A stretch of 64,000 bases of DNA, taken from Candidatus Saccharibacteria bacterium UBA2866 (GTDB taxonomy: Bacteria; Patescibacteriota; Saccharimonadia; Saccharimonadales; Saccharimonadaceae). The stretch covers positions 38,166 to 102,165 of the forward strand of contig DEEY01000002.1 of assembly GCA_002350545.1 (NCBI GenBank), given 5' to 3'. Position 1 is the first letter of the stretch; each line of letters begins with the position of its first letter. The translations under genes were made by a program, and so were the position numbers. Shown here one piece after another: positions 8,994 through 18,794 of this stretch. The notes under the pieces were generated by a model. It had not been told where the DNA came from. It made no database searches and saw only the letters and a list, made by a program, of their open reading frames with translations.

Positions 8994-10196
8994 ATGAAGC
9001 GGTTTAAATATAAAGCCAAGGTCAAGGAGACTGGCAAAACAGTCAAAGGTACTATCCAGGCCGAAAACGAGCAATTTGCTGGTCGCCTTTTGATTGAACA
9101 GGGTTACATTCCTGAATCCGTCGCGGAAGAAGGGAATGGCATTTTTGGCAAAGAAGGCCGTGTCACTACCAAGGACCGCATTACCTTTACACGCCAGCTT
9201 TCCACGCTAATTGGCGCTGGCCTGCCACTTGCTACTTCACTTCGCACCGTTGCTGAGCAGACTCAAGGCAAAGCCATGAAAACTATCGTCGAGGAAATTC
9301 TCGCTAAAGTCGAAGCCGGTAAAAGTCTTCATGAAGCCTTTTCTGCATACCCCGACATTTTTAATGGTGTCTATCTCGCACTTATTCAAGCCGGTGAAAC
9401 TTCTGGTACTTTGGATCTCGCTTTGAAGCGCCTAGCCGATCAAGAAGAAAAAGATGCCGCTATGATGAGTAAAATCCGCGGTGCATTAGTATACCCTGGT
9501 ATCATTCTTGTAGTTATTATTGCCGTGCTTGCCTTTATGATGATTATGGTAGTCCCACAAGTCGAAGGACTTTACGAAGACATGGGCAAAGAATTGCCAG
9601 GCCTCACCAAATTACTTGTCAATATTTCCAATTTCTTTGGTCAGTTCTGGTGGCTGGTATTACTTATGGTTGTTGGTATTATTGCTGCAGCGTGGTATGC
9701 CGTCAAGAAAACTCCAGCTGGTCGTAAAGTCGCCGATGGTTTCAAGCTTAAAGTTCCAATTTTTGGAGGGTTATTCAAAAAACTTTACGTTTCACGTTTT
9801 GCTCGTACGGCCGAGATGATGTTAGCTACCGGCGTGCCGATGCTAGATTCTGTTAAAATCGCTATTGACTCAACCTCTAACGTTGTAGTCGAGGAAGAAT
9901 ATAGTAAATCTCTCGACATCATCAAAGGTGGTAAAGCGCTTTCCGAAGGACTCAAAGATCGCAATTATATGTTGCCTCTAGTTCCACAAATGGCGAGCAT
10001 CGGGGAAGAGTCCGGTAAAATTGACGAAATGCTAGGTAAAGCTGCCCAAGTCTATGAAAACGAGTTAGACGAACAAATCAATAATATTTCTACTATGATT
10101 GAGCCAGTTCTTATGGTGATTATGGCTGGTCTTATTGGCGTCGTCGTAGGCGGTACTTTGCTTCCAATTTACTCCCTCGTCAATTCCGTTGCGTAA
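8994..10196 (+). CDS. pilC: Type IV pilus platform protein PilC (GspF family)
   Basis: Two T2SSF repeats (FTRQLSTLIGAGLPL; GEESGKIDEML) and three TMs. Confidence 0.95.
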   Translation: MKRFKYKAKVKETGKTVKGTIQAENEQFAGRLLIEQGYIPESVAEEGNGIFGKEGRVTTKDRITFTRQLSTLIGAGLPLATSLRTVAEQTQGKAMKTIVEEILAKVEAGKSLHEAFSAYPDIFNGVYLALIQAGETSGTLDLALKRLADQEEKDAAMMSKIRGALVYPGIILVVIIAVLAFMMIMVVPQVEGLYEDMGKELPGLTKLLVNISNFFGQFWWLVLLMVVGIIAAAWYAVKKTPAGRKVADGFKLKVPIFGGLFKKLYVSRFARTAEMMLATGVPMLDSVKIAIDSTSNVVVEEEYSKSLDIIKGGKALSEGLKDRNYMLPLVPQMASIGEESGKIDEMLGKAAQVYENELDEQINNISTMIEPVLMVIMAGLIGVVVGGTLLPIYSLVNSVA

Positions 10197-10266
10197 AAAA
10201 CTCTTGATTTTTAGCATAAACTAGTTTATTATAAACATAAGGATAAAATCTAGAAAGGATTTATTT

Positions 10267-10773
10267 ATGACTAAATTAAATACAAAATCTAAGAAAGGCT
10301 TTACTATCATTGAGGTCTTCTTGGTGCTTGCTATCGCCGGTCTTATCTTCTTGATGGTTTTCGTGGCTTTGCCAGCCCTCCAACGTTCACAGCGTGATAC
10401 TCAACGGCGCGACGACCTTGCCCGCGTCGCCACTGCGGTAACCCAATATCAGACTAATAACGGCGGCAAATTACCAGGAGCGGGCAAAGAAAGCAACCTA
10501 ATCAATAACTATCTTGGCGGTAGTGAATTCGTTGATCCAGATGGCGCAGCATACAACATCACTATTATCGATGGAACTACCGGACATACCTATGATGCCT
10601 CCAACGGTAAATATGCAAAAGGTACTCTAGAGTTTGGTGACCATACAATTTACTTAATCCATAAAGCTTTGTGTGACGGTGAAGTTTCAACCCAGTCAAA
10701 CGCACAAGCTCGTAGCTACGCTATACTATACAAGCTAGAGGGAACAGGTACTTACTGCGCGGATAACCAGTAA
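10267..10773 (+). CDS. Type IV pilin, probable major pilin
   Basis: KKG|FTIIEVFLVLAI class III signal peptide; SD GAAAGGA; own terminator. Confidence 0.9.
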   Translation: MTKLNTKSKKGFTIIEVFLVLAIAGLIFLMVFVALPALQRSQRDTQRRDDLARVATAVTQYQTNNGGKLPGAGKESNLINNYLGGSEFVDPDGAAYNITIIDGTTGHTYDASNGKYAKGTLEFGDHTIYLIHKALCDGEVSTQSNAQARSYAILYKLEGTGTYCADNQ

Positions 10774-10794
10774 CCTGACATTGCACAACAGAAT

Positions 10795-10822
10795 AAAGCG
10801 GCAATCGCCGCTTTGTTTTTTT
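10795..10822 (+). terminator. Intrinsic terminator between the convergent pilin genes
   Basis: AAAGCGGC-AATC-GCCGCTTT followed by GTTTTTTT. Confidence 0.8.
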
Positions 10823-10836
10823 ATGCCTAGTCTTAT

Positions 10837-11391
10837 CTAACTGTTTTCACAGTATATTCCACCACCTTCGAGCTTGTATAACACTGCAATCTTTCTTGGG
10901 TTTGACACTTTTACTGCCCCAGTGGCTTCATCCCCCGAGCATTTAGCCTCCAACAGTACATACATTCTAAATTCATTCGGGAAAGTACTGCCTGTCACAT
11001 CCTCTGCGCTTGGGCAAGTCTCACCAGTTGTACCTGTCCCGCAGGTCACAACATTCAGGCTGTATTCCTCTCCACTACTTGGGTCCTCAAAACCATCCCC
11101 CATATAATCTCTCAAAAACCCCGACCAATCCGTCTTAGTATATTTCTCTCCAGTCGCTTTATGGATGTCACTACCAGTCCCGCTTGGCAATGACCCGCGG
11201 TTATTTGTTTGGTACTTCTTTACTGCTGAAATTAGAGCTGTAATATCTTCTTTCCGCGCCGTATCCCTTTGTTGCCTTTGCAATGCCGGCAACGCAATAA
11301 ATATCATCAAGAATATCAAACCCGCAATTGCGAGCACAAGCGACACTTCGATTATTGTAAACCCCTTAAGACTAAAATCACCCTTTTTCAT
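10837..11391 (-). CDS. Type IV pilin paralog
   Basis: LKG|FTIIEVSLVLAI signal; C-terminal YKLEGGGIYC similar to the first pilin. Confidence 0.9.
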   Translation of the reverse strand: MKKGDFSLKGFTIIEVSLVLAIAGLIFLMIFIALPALQRQQRDTARKEDITALISAVKKYQTNNRGSLPSGTGSDIHKATGEKYTKTDWSGFLRDYMGDGFEDPSSGEEYSLNVVTCGTGTTGETCPSAEDVTGSTFPNEFRMYVLLEAKCSGDEATGAVKVSNPRKIAVLYKLEGGGIYCENS

Positions 11392-11420
11392 AATTCAATT
11401 ATATCACAGTTTAGCAAGAA

Positions 11421-11497
11421 TAGCATAAACACCTTTTCGAGGACCGTAGGCTTGGGCGAACGCCCTTGAGTGTGTCCGAGGAAAGGTGTTTATGCTA
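11421..11497. repeat. Intergenic palindromic element, subfamily 2
   Basis: Perfect 16-bp arms TAGCATAAACACCTTT / AAAGGTGTTTATGCTA. The 44-nt core is 40/44 identical to 26924-26967. Confidence 0.88.
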
Positions 11498-11507
11498 TAA
11501 TATGGAT

Positions 11508-12305
11508 ATGATAGTTTTATTTCGAGTGTTTTTATTTGTTCTTGGTGCTTGTATCGGCTCATTCCTTTGTTGCCAGGCACGTCGTTTCCGCCTTAAAGAG
11601 CAAAAAAAGAAATCACTTGGCAATCGCTCAGTTTGTCTGAGTTGTCATAAAAAACTAAAATGGTATGACAATCTGCCCATCATTTCATGGTTAATGCTGA
11701 AAGGGAAATGCCGTCACTGCCACAAAAAAATCGGCCTCGCCGAACTATTATCTGAACTCGGCACCGCACTTTCTTTTGTGCTACTTAGCTTCAATATAAA
11801 CATCCCCATCGCTTCCTCCATGGATTGGACCATTTTTGTCGCCACACTTCTCCTTACTACCATTTTAATTTTTCTCGCTATTTACGATGGGCTTTACGGT
11901 GAATTACCTACTGTTTGTCTCGTGCTTGCCATCAGTTGTGCCATTGCTATTCTAGCATTTAGAATTTATACCACTATTTCTTCAAGCGGTTTTGCCGCAG
12001 AACTTATCTGGAAACCATTAGTGTCATTTTCCATTCTAGGCGGAATATACTTAGTACTCTACCTTGTTTCCAGAGGTCGTTGGGTCGGTGATGGCGACTG
12101 GCTACTTGGCACTGCTATCGCACTCGCCCTTTATGATCCTTGGTTGGCCCTTGTTGCGCTTTTTCTTGCTAATTTTAGTGCCTGCTTGATCATGTATCCA
12201 GCCGTCAAATCCAAGAAAAATCACAAAATCCATTTCGGACCTTTCCTCGTTATTGCCTATATCATCACAGCTAGTTTTGCTAATTTCATTTTGAATATGA
12301 TATAA
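11508..12305 (+). CDS. pilD: Prepilin peptidase (A24 family)
   Basis: GSFL, two CxxC motifs, GDGD catalytic motif, FGPFL. Start set after the extended -10; ATG 11502 is an alternative. Confidence 0.92.
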   Translation: MIVLFRVFLFVLGACIGSFLCCQARRFRLKEQKKKSLGNRSVCLSCHKKLKWYDNLPIISWLMLKGKCRHCHKKIGLAELLSELGTALSFVLLSFNINIPIASSMDWTIFVATLLLTTILIFLAIYDGLYGELPTVCLVLAISCAIAILAFRIYTTISSSGFAAELIWKPLVSFSILGGIYLVLYLVSRGRWVGDGDWLLGTAIALALYDPWLALVALFLANFSACLIMYPAVKSKKNHKIHFGPFLVIAYIITASFANFILNMI

Positions 12306-12312
12306 TAAACTT

Positions 12313-14070
12313 ATGGTAAAAAAGGGTGACACGTTAATTGAAGTCCTCCTCGCAGTAGGTATTTTTTCCATGATTGCAATTTCTGTGGTTGCCGTAATGA
12401 GTGGTGGCACTTCTAGCGCTCAAACCGCTCTTGAAACTACCCTTGCGCGCGAGGAAATTGACGCTCAGGCCGAAGCTCTTCGCTACATACACGACTCTTA
12501 TATTAATGATAAAAATTCTGGAAACACTGAACTCCCCACTGTTGCTCTGTGGCGAGAAATCGTCAACAATGAAAAGGTTTATGTTCCTAGTGGTGACGAG
12601 GACGATAAAGAACTCTTGCAATACGCCCCCAACTCATGTCCTACCAACGCGTCCGATCTTCCAGAGGGCGCCTTCATTCTAGATACCAGATCTCTTGACC
12701 AACCCAACGTCGCCTATAAATCAGCTAAAACTGACCCAGACGTATTTGCTCCTGCGACTACTTTCCCTCGTCTAGTATTCGGTGCAGATAGTAATAACCT
12801 AATTGAAAACAGCACCAATACGACGCTTACTAGGGCTGAAGGTATTTATATTATTGCCGTTGCCGACAAGGATACGACTACCGTCCTCGACGTTGATGGG
12901 AAACCCGTCAATAGCCAAGGCGCCGAAGTTTTTAGGCCTGCATTCTTTGATTTTTATATTCGTACCTGTTGGTACGGCACTGACGCCGAAACGCCTTCCA
13001 CTATTTCTACAGTCATCCGTCTTCACAACCCAGACATCCAGACCGACTATGCATATTTTGGTTATAATGTAAATGGGGCAGCTTCCGATAACACAAACTA
13101 TCTTATCTTCAAAGACGATTACAGGAAGCATTTATATGATAACATTGATAAATTTTGGCCATGGAAACACACTGAAGGATGGAGCTTTGATGGGTGGTGC
13201 TTGAGGGAAAACGTCGTGGAAATAGAAGATGGGGGTACGGCTTGTAGAGGAGGCGCTTATCAAGTCGGAGATAGTTTTTCCAGTAGCGAAGGAGGTAATT
13301 TTGATTTTGTTCCAATATTCTCTCATATTAAGTATACAATTGAGTATGACTCCAATGGCAGTTCATGGAAATACAACAATGGTCAACCTCAAATATGTTG
13401 GGAGGATGTTTCACGAGGTGAATGCGTAGTACAAGGTGATGAAATTACACGCTCTGGCTATGCTTTTGGTGGCTGGTGTGATGGCTCTGTTAGTTCAGAT
13501 GGTACATGCAGTGGAAAAACATACCAAAAAGGCGACATCATCTATGCACCAAGCGGTTTCCCGGCCAGTAGAATTATTAGACTTGCCGCCATCTGGAAAG
13601 AACGAGACGAGGAGATTACTATTTATACCCAGTGGACTAGCAATACCGACTATGATTCGTATCTAAGGCTTTCTGACCCCAATAGCAGTGGTTATCTTGG
13701 TGCATCCTGGAACACCACTAATCCTTGCGCTACTACTGGCAATTCCTTATGCGTCACCCACCGCAATAAAACTTATGCGCTTGCTACGGGCAATGGCGAT
13801 GGTCGCGGTGGCATCAACAACATATATTATGAAAGGTTTGTTATTCATACTCTAGGCGGCAAGGACTATTACTATTCTCTTCGCAACTGGAGCAATCCCG
13901 GCTATATTGGCAACGACATTACCGTTACTGTATCTGGTCCATATCTAGGCACCAAAACCTTCAAATCTACAGTTAAAAATAATTGCGCTTATTGGAATGT
14001 TTTTGCTTATCAAGACGGCTCTATTGTTGAAAGAAACACTTGCACTAGCAGCATCGAATACCCATATTAA
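12313..14070 (+). CDS. Large minor pilin with C-terminal adhesin-like repeats
   Basis: KKG|DTLIEVLLAVGIF pilin N-terminus; YTIEYDSNG...TRSGYAFGGW resembles InlB-B/Listeria-Bacteroides repeats. Confidence 0.8.
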   Translation: MVKKGDTLIEVLLAVGIFSMIAISVVAVMSGGTSSAQTALETTLAREEIDAQAEALRYIHDSYINDKNSGNTELPTVALWREIVNNEKVYVPSGDEDDKELLQYAPNSCPTNASDLPEGAFILDTRSLDQPNVAYKSAKTDPDVFAPATTFPRLVFGADSNNLIENSTNTTLTRAEGIYIIAVADKDTTTVLDVDGKPVNSQGAEVFRPAFFDFYIRTCWYGTDAETPSTISTVIRLHNPDIQTDYAYFGYNVNGAASDNTNYLIFKDDYRKHLYDNIDKFWPWKHTEGWSFDGWCLRENVVEIEDGGTACRGGAYQVGDSFSSSEGGNFDFVPIFSHIKYTIEYDSNGSSWKYNNGQPQICWEDVSRGECVVQGDEITRSGYAFGGWCDGSVSSDGTCSGKTYQKGDIIYAPSGFPASRIIRLAAIWKERDEEITIYTQWTSNTDYDSYLRLSDPNSSGYLGASWNTTNPCATTGNSLCVTHRNKTYALATGNGDGRGGINNIYYERFVIHTLGGKDYYYSLRNWSNPGYIGNDITVTVSGPYLGTKTFKSTVKNNCAYWNVFAYQDGSIVERNTCTSSIEYPY

Positions 14071-15009
14071 TCATTTCGTCTCCGAATGGAACTTCTCATG
14101 TATCTCACGAAGATGCGCATCCGTCACATGCGTATAAATCTGTGTCGTTGAAATGTCAGCATGTCCTAGCATTGACTGTACGGCGCGTAAATCCGCTCCA
14201 TTCATCAATAAATCCGTCGCAAAGGAATGACGTAAAGTATGTGGCGATACATGCTTCGTAATCCCAGCTAGTCTCGCATATTTTTCTACGATTCTTTCCA
14301 CTGATCTCGCCGAAATCCGTCGATAATCACCAGAAGTATCCGCCGTCTGCATATTGCGCGAATTGTTTAAGAAAAGCGCCGGCAGGGAATCAGTCCTTGC
14401 GTCTAAGTAATCTGAAACCCTATCCGCACAAGCCTGTGAAATAAATATCGGCCGATCTTTGCTACCCTTACCTCGCACCATAAACTCCCGCCGCTCCAAG
14501 TTAATCGAATCTCGGTTCAGCCCCACTAGTTCAGACACCCGAAGCCCCCCAGAATACAATAGTTCAATAATCGCTCTATCCCTCAGCCCTGATTCCGTAG
14601 AAGTATCGATTTGCTCCAGCATCTCTTCCACTTCGTCATAATGCAGGAACGTCACTTGTTTACGAATCACTTTAGGAAGATCTACCAGTGACGGGTCCAG
14701 CGACTTAATATCTCGCCGCGCCAAGTATTTCAAGAATCCGCGTAGCGCAATCAAATGATATGCCTGTGTAATAACCTTGAGATCCTCTACGCCATTATCC
14801 GATCCATACCGGTTGAGTTTTAATCGGTATTTACGTAGTAGTTCTTTAGTAATATCTTGTGGCCGCACCACATCCTTGTTTAAAATTTCCTGTGATAGCA
14901 TCAAAAACCTTTCAAGATACAACCTATAATTATCAATTGTCTTCTTACTCCGCCCCGCTTCAATTTCCAGGTGCTCTAAAAAGTCATTGATTAAATCACC
15001 TAAATCCAT
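14071..15009 (-). CDS. XerC/XerD-family tyrosine recombinase
   Basis: LRDRAIIELLYSGGLRVSEL, GKGSK, PHTLRHSFATDLL, LGHADISTTQIY. Confidence 0.95.
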   Translation of the reverse strand: MDLGDLINDFLEHLEIEAGRSKKTIDNYRLYLERFLMLSQEILNKDVVRPQDITKELLRKYRLKLNRYGSDNGVEDLKVITQAYHLIALRGFLKYLARRDIKSLDPSLVDLPKVIRKQVTFLHYDEVEEMLEQIDTSTESGLRDRAIIELLYSGGLRVSELVGLNRDSINLERREFMVRGKGSKDRPIFISQACADRVSDYLDARTDSLPALFLNNSRNMQTADTSGDYRRISARSVERIVEKYARLAGITKHVSPHTLRHSFATDLLMNGADLRAVQSMLGHADISTTQIYTHVTDAHLREIHEKFHSETK

Positions 15010-15024
15010 ACCCTAATTATAGCA

Positions 15025-16218
15025 CTATTCACTGAGCCTGTAAGCATCGCGCACAATCATCACTTCTTCATTGGTCGGTTCAACATAAACTGGCACAGTT
15101 GAATCCTCGGCGGTAATAATACCACTAGTTATCTCTTTGAAACTCGCAATCGCATCGTTTACTTCGTGGTTAATTTTTATACCGAGTGGCGACAACCCCT
15201 CAATGATCGATTCGCGAGTTTCCGCTCCATTTTCGAGTACTCCAGCTGTAAACACAATTGCATCTACTTTACCATCGAGTTCCAAATAGTACTCCGCAAT
15301 ATATCGGTCAATCCTATCAACATACATATCAAGCGCTAATCGCGCATTTTCATCACCTTGCGAAATAGCTTTCTCAACATCGCGGTTATCATTAAACCCA
15401 CAAACTCCGAGCAACCCCGATTTTTTGTTTAATGCTTCATCAACTTCCTCATAAGTCATCCCGCCTTCGTCAATCATATATTTAATAATAGAAGGGTCAA
15501 TCGAGCCGGATCGAGTCCCCATCATCAAACCGTCAAGCGGGGTTAGCCCCATCGTAGTGTCATAGCTTTTACCATCCCTCACAGCAGTAATACTTGCACC
15601 TGAACCTACATGGCAAATAATTAAATTAATAGCTTCTTTACCAAGTTTCTTTTGCATGGTCTCTGTAATGTATTTGTGGCTTGTTCCATGGAAACCATAT
15701 TTTCGTACCCCATACTTTTCGTACCATTTCATCGGTACTGGATACATAAATTGTGCTTTTGGAATCGTCTGATGGAAAGCCGTATCAAATACTGCCACCT
15801 GCACCGCATCTGGCAGCGCCTTTTGCATCGCCTTAATTCCAGCGATATTCCCAGGGTGGTGTAGAGGCCCAAGCTTAGTCAGATCCTTAATATCTTTCAA
15901 GACCTGGTCATCGATTACGACAGAGTCCTTATATTTTTCTCCGCCATGCAATACTCTGTGTCCAACAGCACGGATTTCATCGAGATTTTCAACTGCCCCA
16001 TAGTTTACCAATTCCTCTAGCATTACGCTAGCGGCTTCAGCGTGATCCTTTATTTCTTTTTTGGTTTCAGTTTTTTCACCTTCGTGCTTGATAGTGTAAA
16101 AACTATCCTTTGCCCCGATCTTCTCGACATAACCACTTATAATAGATATTTCGGCTGGCATCTCATAAAGTTGAAACTTCAAAGACGACGAACCAGCATT
16201 AACGCATAGAACTTTCAT
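15025..16218 (-). CDS. ackA: Acetate kinase
   Basis: NAGSSSLKFQL, GHRVLHGG, FDTAFHQT, YGFHGTSH, PTNEE. Confidence 0.97.
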   Translation of the reverse strand: MKVLCVNAGSSSLKFQLYEMPAEISIISGYVEKIGAKDSFYTIKHEGEKTETKKEIKDHAEAASVMLEELVNYGAVENLDEIRAVGHRVLHGGEKYKDSVVIDDQVLKDIKDLTKLGPLHHPGNIAGIKAMQKALPDAVQVAVFDTAFHQTIPKAQFMYPVPMKWYEKYGVRKYGFHGTSHKYITETMQKKLGKEAINLIICHVGSGASITAVRDGKSYDTTMGLTPLDGLMMGTRSGSIDPSIIKYMIDEGGMTYEEVDEALNKKSGLLGVCGFNDNRDVEKAISQGDENARLALDMYVDRIDRYIAEYYLELDGKVDAIVFTAGVLENGAETRESIIEGLSPLGIKINHEVNDAIASFKEITSGIITAEDSTVPVYVEPTNEEVMIVRDAYRLSE

Positions 16219-16284
16219 TTATTCTCCTTTACTTTGATAAATATTATATCATAGAACCGGCGCATCACATGCTATAATATAACT

Positions 16285-17136
16285 ATGCATAAGCTTAAAC
16301 ATGCAATAATTATCATTTTGTTTATTGCAGTAACAATTGGGATGGGAGTTAGCGTATTCTTTTCTATCAACGGTGACTCTAGGGCAGATTATGTAGTAGA
16401 AACCAACGTTCCTTTCGCGCCGTTTGAATTCTACGAAAACCGCAAAATCGTTGGCGTCGATGTGGATATCGTTGATCGTGTTGCAAAAAAGCTTAATAAA
16501 ACCATCCAGATTAAAAACGTTGAATTTGATGTCATTATTGACAACGTTGAAGCTGGTCGTATTGCCGATGCTGGCGCCGCTGGTCTCACTATCACGCCAG
16601 CCAGGGAAGAGAAAGTTAACTTTACTATTCCATATTACACTTCTGTTCAATATGTTATTTTTAACCACAATTATCCACCCTCGCTCCGCGACGATCACGT
16701 CGTTTGGGAGTCGCTCGCCGGTTACACTATCGGTTCACAAATCGGCAGTACCGGATACCTCTTTGTCGACGATGAAATCGAAAACGGCGTACTAAAAAAC
16801 ACCGGCACTGTCGTCAAAGGCATCGACTCGCACCAACTCGCCGTCGATGCTATTAACTCACACATTGTAGATTTCGCCGTTGCCGATGAACTCGTCGCCA
16901 AATTCCTTGTCGAGAAAAACCCCGACCTCGAAGCCCTCCCGCTCTATTATTCTGGCCCCACTAGGGAAGAGGACTATCCAGTCGAAGAATCCTATGCCAT
17001 CGCCGTCAATAAGGATCGCACTGATTTACTCGAAGCCTTCAACGAAGTCCTCGCAGAGATGCTCGTGGAGGATGAGCAGGGCCAAACCGAAATTGACAAA
17101 CTAGTATTAAAATATATGTGGTTAACCAATGAATAG
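16285..17136 (+). CDS. Polar amino-acid ABC transporter substrate-binding protein
   Basis: N-terminal TM; PFAPFEF, GVDVDI and ITPAREEKVNFT family-3 motifs. Confidence 0.9.
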   Translation: MHKLKHAIIIILFIAVTIGMGVSVFFSINGDSRADYVVETNVPFAPFEFYENRKIVGVDVDIVDRVAKKLNKTIQIKNVEFDVIIDNVEAGRIADAGAAGLTITPAREEKVNFTIPYYTSVQYVIFNHNYPPSLRDDHVVWESLAGYTIGSQIGSTGYLFVDDEIENGVLKNTGTVVKGIDSHQLAVDAINSHIVDFAVADELVAKFLVEKNPDLEALPLYYSGPTREEDYPVEESYAIAVNKDRTDLLEAFNEVLAEMLVEDEQGQTEIDKLVLKYMWLTNE

Positions 17137-17851
17137 CATATTAATTATGGGCGAATTTATGAACAAGGTCGTCGAACTCTTCACTACGCCACAATATATC
17201 GAATCAATGTTGCACGGCTTTTTGCTTACCATTCAAATTTCCTATTTTGCCATCCTGCTCGGTATCCTACTCGGCACCATCATCGCTCTTGTCGATATCG
17301 CCAAACCCTCCAAATGGCTAGCAATACCAAAGTTTATTTGCCGTGCCTACACCACTATCATTCGTGGCACCCCGATGGCTCTCCAGCTCTTTATTATGTT
17401 CTTCGTCATTTTTGCCGTTAAAGGATTTCCAAGCATCATTATCGCTATCATCGCTTTCGGTTTAAACTCCGCTGCCTATGTTTCCGAAGTCATTCGTGGG
17501 GGTATTCTTTCCGTTGACAAAGGCCAAACCGAAGCCGGTGAAGCCCTCGGATTATCTGGAAGGACTATTTTCTTCAAAATCGTCGCTCCGCAAGCCGTCA
17601 AAAACATCATCCCCGCTCTTGGCAACGAAATTATCACCGTCATTAAGGAAACTGCTATCGTCAGCATGGTTGGCATGTATGATTTAAACATGGCTGCCAA
17701 AGATATTGGTTCCGGCCAAAACATGGCTAGCTACATCGTGCCAATGTTTGTCGCTGCTTTATTCTACCTCGCCACTATTTACTTAATCACCTTTATTGTC
17801 AGACGTATCGAAAAATCATTAAGAAAAAGTGATTCAAGAACAGGGGATTAA
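17129..17851 (+). CDS. Polar amino-acid ABC transporter permease
   Basis: IRGTP, AAYVSEVIRGGI and GQTEAGEALG EAA motif; start may be ATG 17159. Confidence 0.92.
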   Translation: MNSILIMGEFMNKVVELFTTPQYIESMLHGFLLTIQISYFAILLGILLGTIIALVDIAKPSKWLAIPKFICRAYTTIIRGTPMALQLFIMFFVIFAVKGFPSIIIAIIAFGLNSAAYVSEVIRGGILSVDKGQTEAGEALGLSGRTIFFKIVAPQAVKNIIPALGNEIITVIKETAIVSMVGMYDLNMAAKDIGSGQNMASYIVPMFVAALFYLATIYLITFIVRRIEKSLRKSDSRTGD

Positions 17852-18586
17852 ATGGAAAACAAAAGCACTGAACTCATCGTCAAAAACTTAAAAAAACATT
17901 TTGGCAAAAATAAGGTTCTAAATGGTATTAATTTTGAACTTCATGAAGGCGAACGTGTCGTTGTGCTCGGTCCTTCTGGTTCCGGTAAATCTACATTTTT
18001 ACGTTGTCTTAATCGTCTTGAAGAACCATCTAGCGGTGAAATCTATCTGGACGGTACCCTAGTGACCGATAAAAACATTCGCAAAATCCGACGTGATATG
18101 GGCATGGTTTTCCAGCACTTTAATCTAATTAATAATCTGACTGTTATGGAGAATCTCACTCTTGCTCCATTAAAACTAAAAGTTATGGATAAAAATGCAG
18201 CCAATAAACGTGCTCACGAACTGCTAAAACACATTGGTCTGTCAAACAAAGCCGACGTTTATCCAGCCTCTCTTTCTGGTGGCCAAAAACAACGCATTGC
18301 GATTATTCGCGCCATGATGCTCTCACCCGAGGTATTATTATTTGACGAACCAACTTCTGCCCTCGACCCCGAGTCTATCGGCGACGTGTTGGAGCTCATC
18401 CGCGAACTAGCCGATCGCGGCATGACAATTATGATTGTCACTCACGAAATGAGTTTTGCGCGTGAAATTGCCACTCGCATCGTTTTTGTTGACAAAGGCA
18501 AAATTATCGAAGAGGGAACCCCAGACGAATTTTTCAACCACCCTAAAACCCCCCGCGTACGCGAGTTTTTAAAGAAAGTATTATAG
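17852..18586 (+). CDS. Polar amino-acid ABC transporter ATP-binding protein (GlnQ-like)
   Basis: GPSGSGKST, LSGGQKQR, LFDEPTSALD. Confidence 0.95.
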   Translation: MENKSTELIVKNLKKHFGKNKVLNGINFELHEGERVVVLGPSGSGKSTFLRCLNRLEEPSSGEIYLDGTLVTDKNIRKIRRDMGMVFQHFNLINNLTVMENLTLAPLKLKVMDKNAANKRAHELLKHIGLSNKADVYPASLSGGQKQRIAIIRAMMLSPEVLLFDEPTSALDPESIGDVLELIRELADRGMTIMIVTHEMSFAREIATRIVFVDKGKIIEEGTPDEFFNHPKTPRVREFLKKVL

Positions 18587-18590
18587 AATT

Positions 18591-18697
18591 AATTCAGTGA
18601 TAAAATCCGTCAGGTTGGTGGTTTCTTCGTGCGCAGCGCGATTACATCATCGAGCAAGCACGAAAAACCGCCAAAATGGCGGATTTTAGCCTGAATT
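18591..18697. repeat. Long imperfect palindrome between the GlnQ-like gene and tRNA-Arg
   Basis: Nested pairs AATTCAG/CTGAATT, TAAAATCCG/CGGATTTTA, TTGGTGGTTT/AAACCGCCAA, TTCGTGC/GCACGAA. Confidence 0.8.
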
Positions 18698-18773
18698 TGG
18701 TGACCCGGGTGCGAGTCGAACGCACAACCTTCTCCTTAGGACGGAGCTGCTCTATCCATTGAGCTACCGGGCC
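18698..18773 (-). tRNA. tRNA-Arg(CCT)
   Basis: Cloverleaf GGCCCGG...CCGGGTC-A-CCA, anticodon CCT, TTCGA T-loop. Confidence 0.92.
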
Positions 18774-18794
18774 ACGATGTGCTATAATTATACC

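Noticed and set aside
10267-11391. Inverted pilin paralogs as an invertible or gene-conversion antigenic-variation cassette
   Set aside because: The N-terminal proteins are similar but synonymous positions are largely different, so there is no long DNA identity or recombination site.
14071-15009. Tyrosine recombinase as a prophage or island integrase
   Set aside because: It has XerC/D size and motifs, housekeeping neighbours, and no phage genes or att pair nearby.
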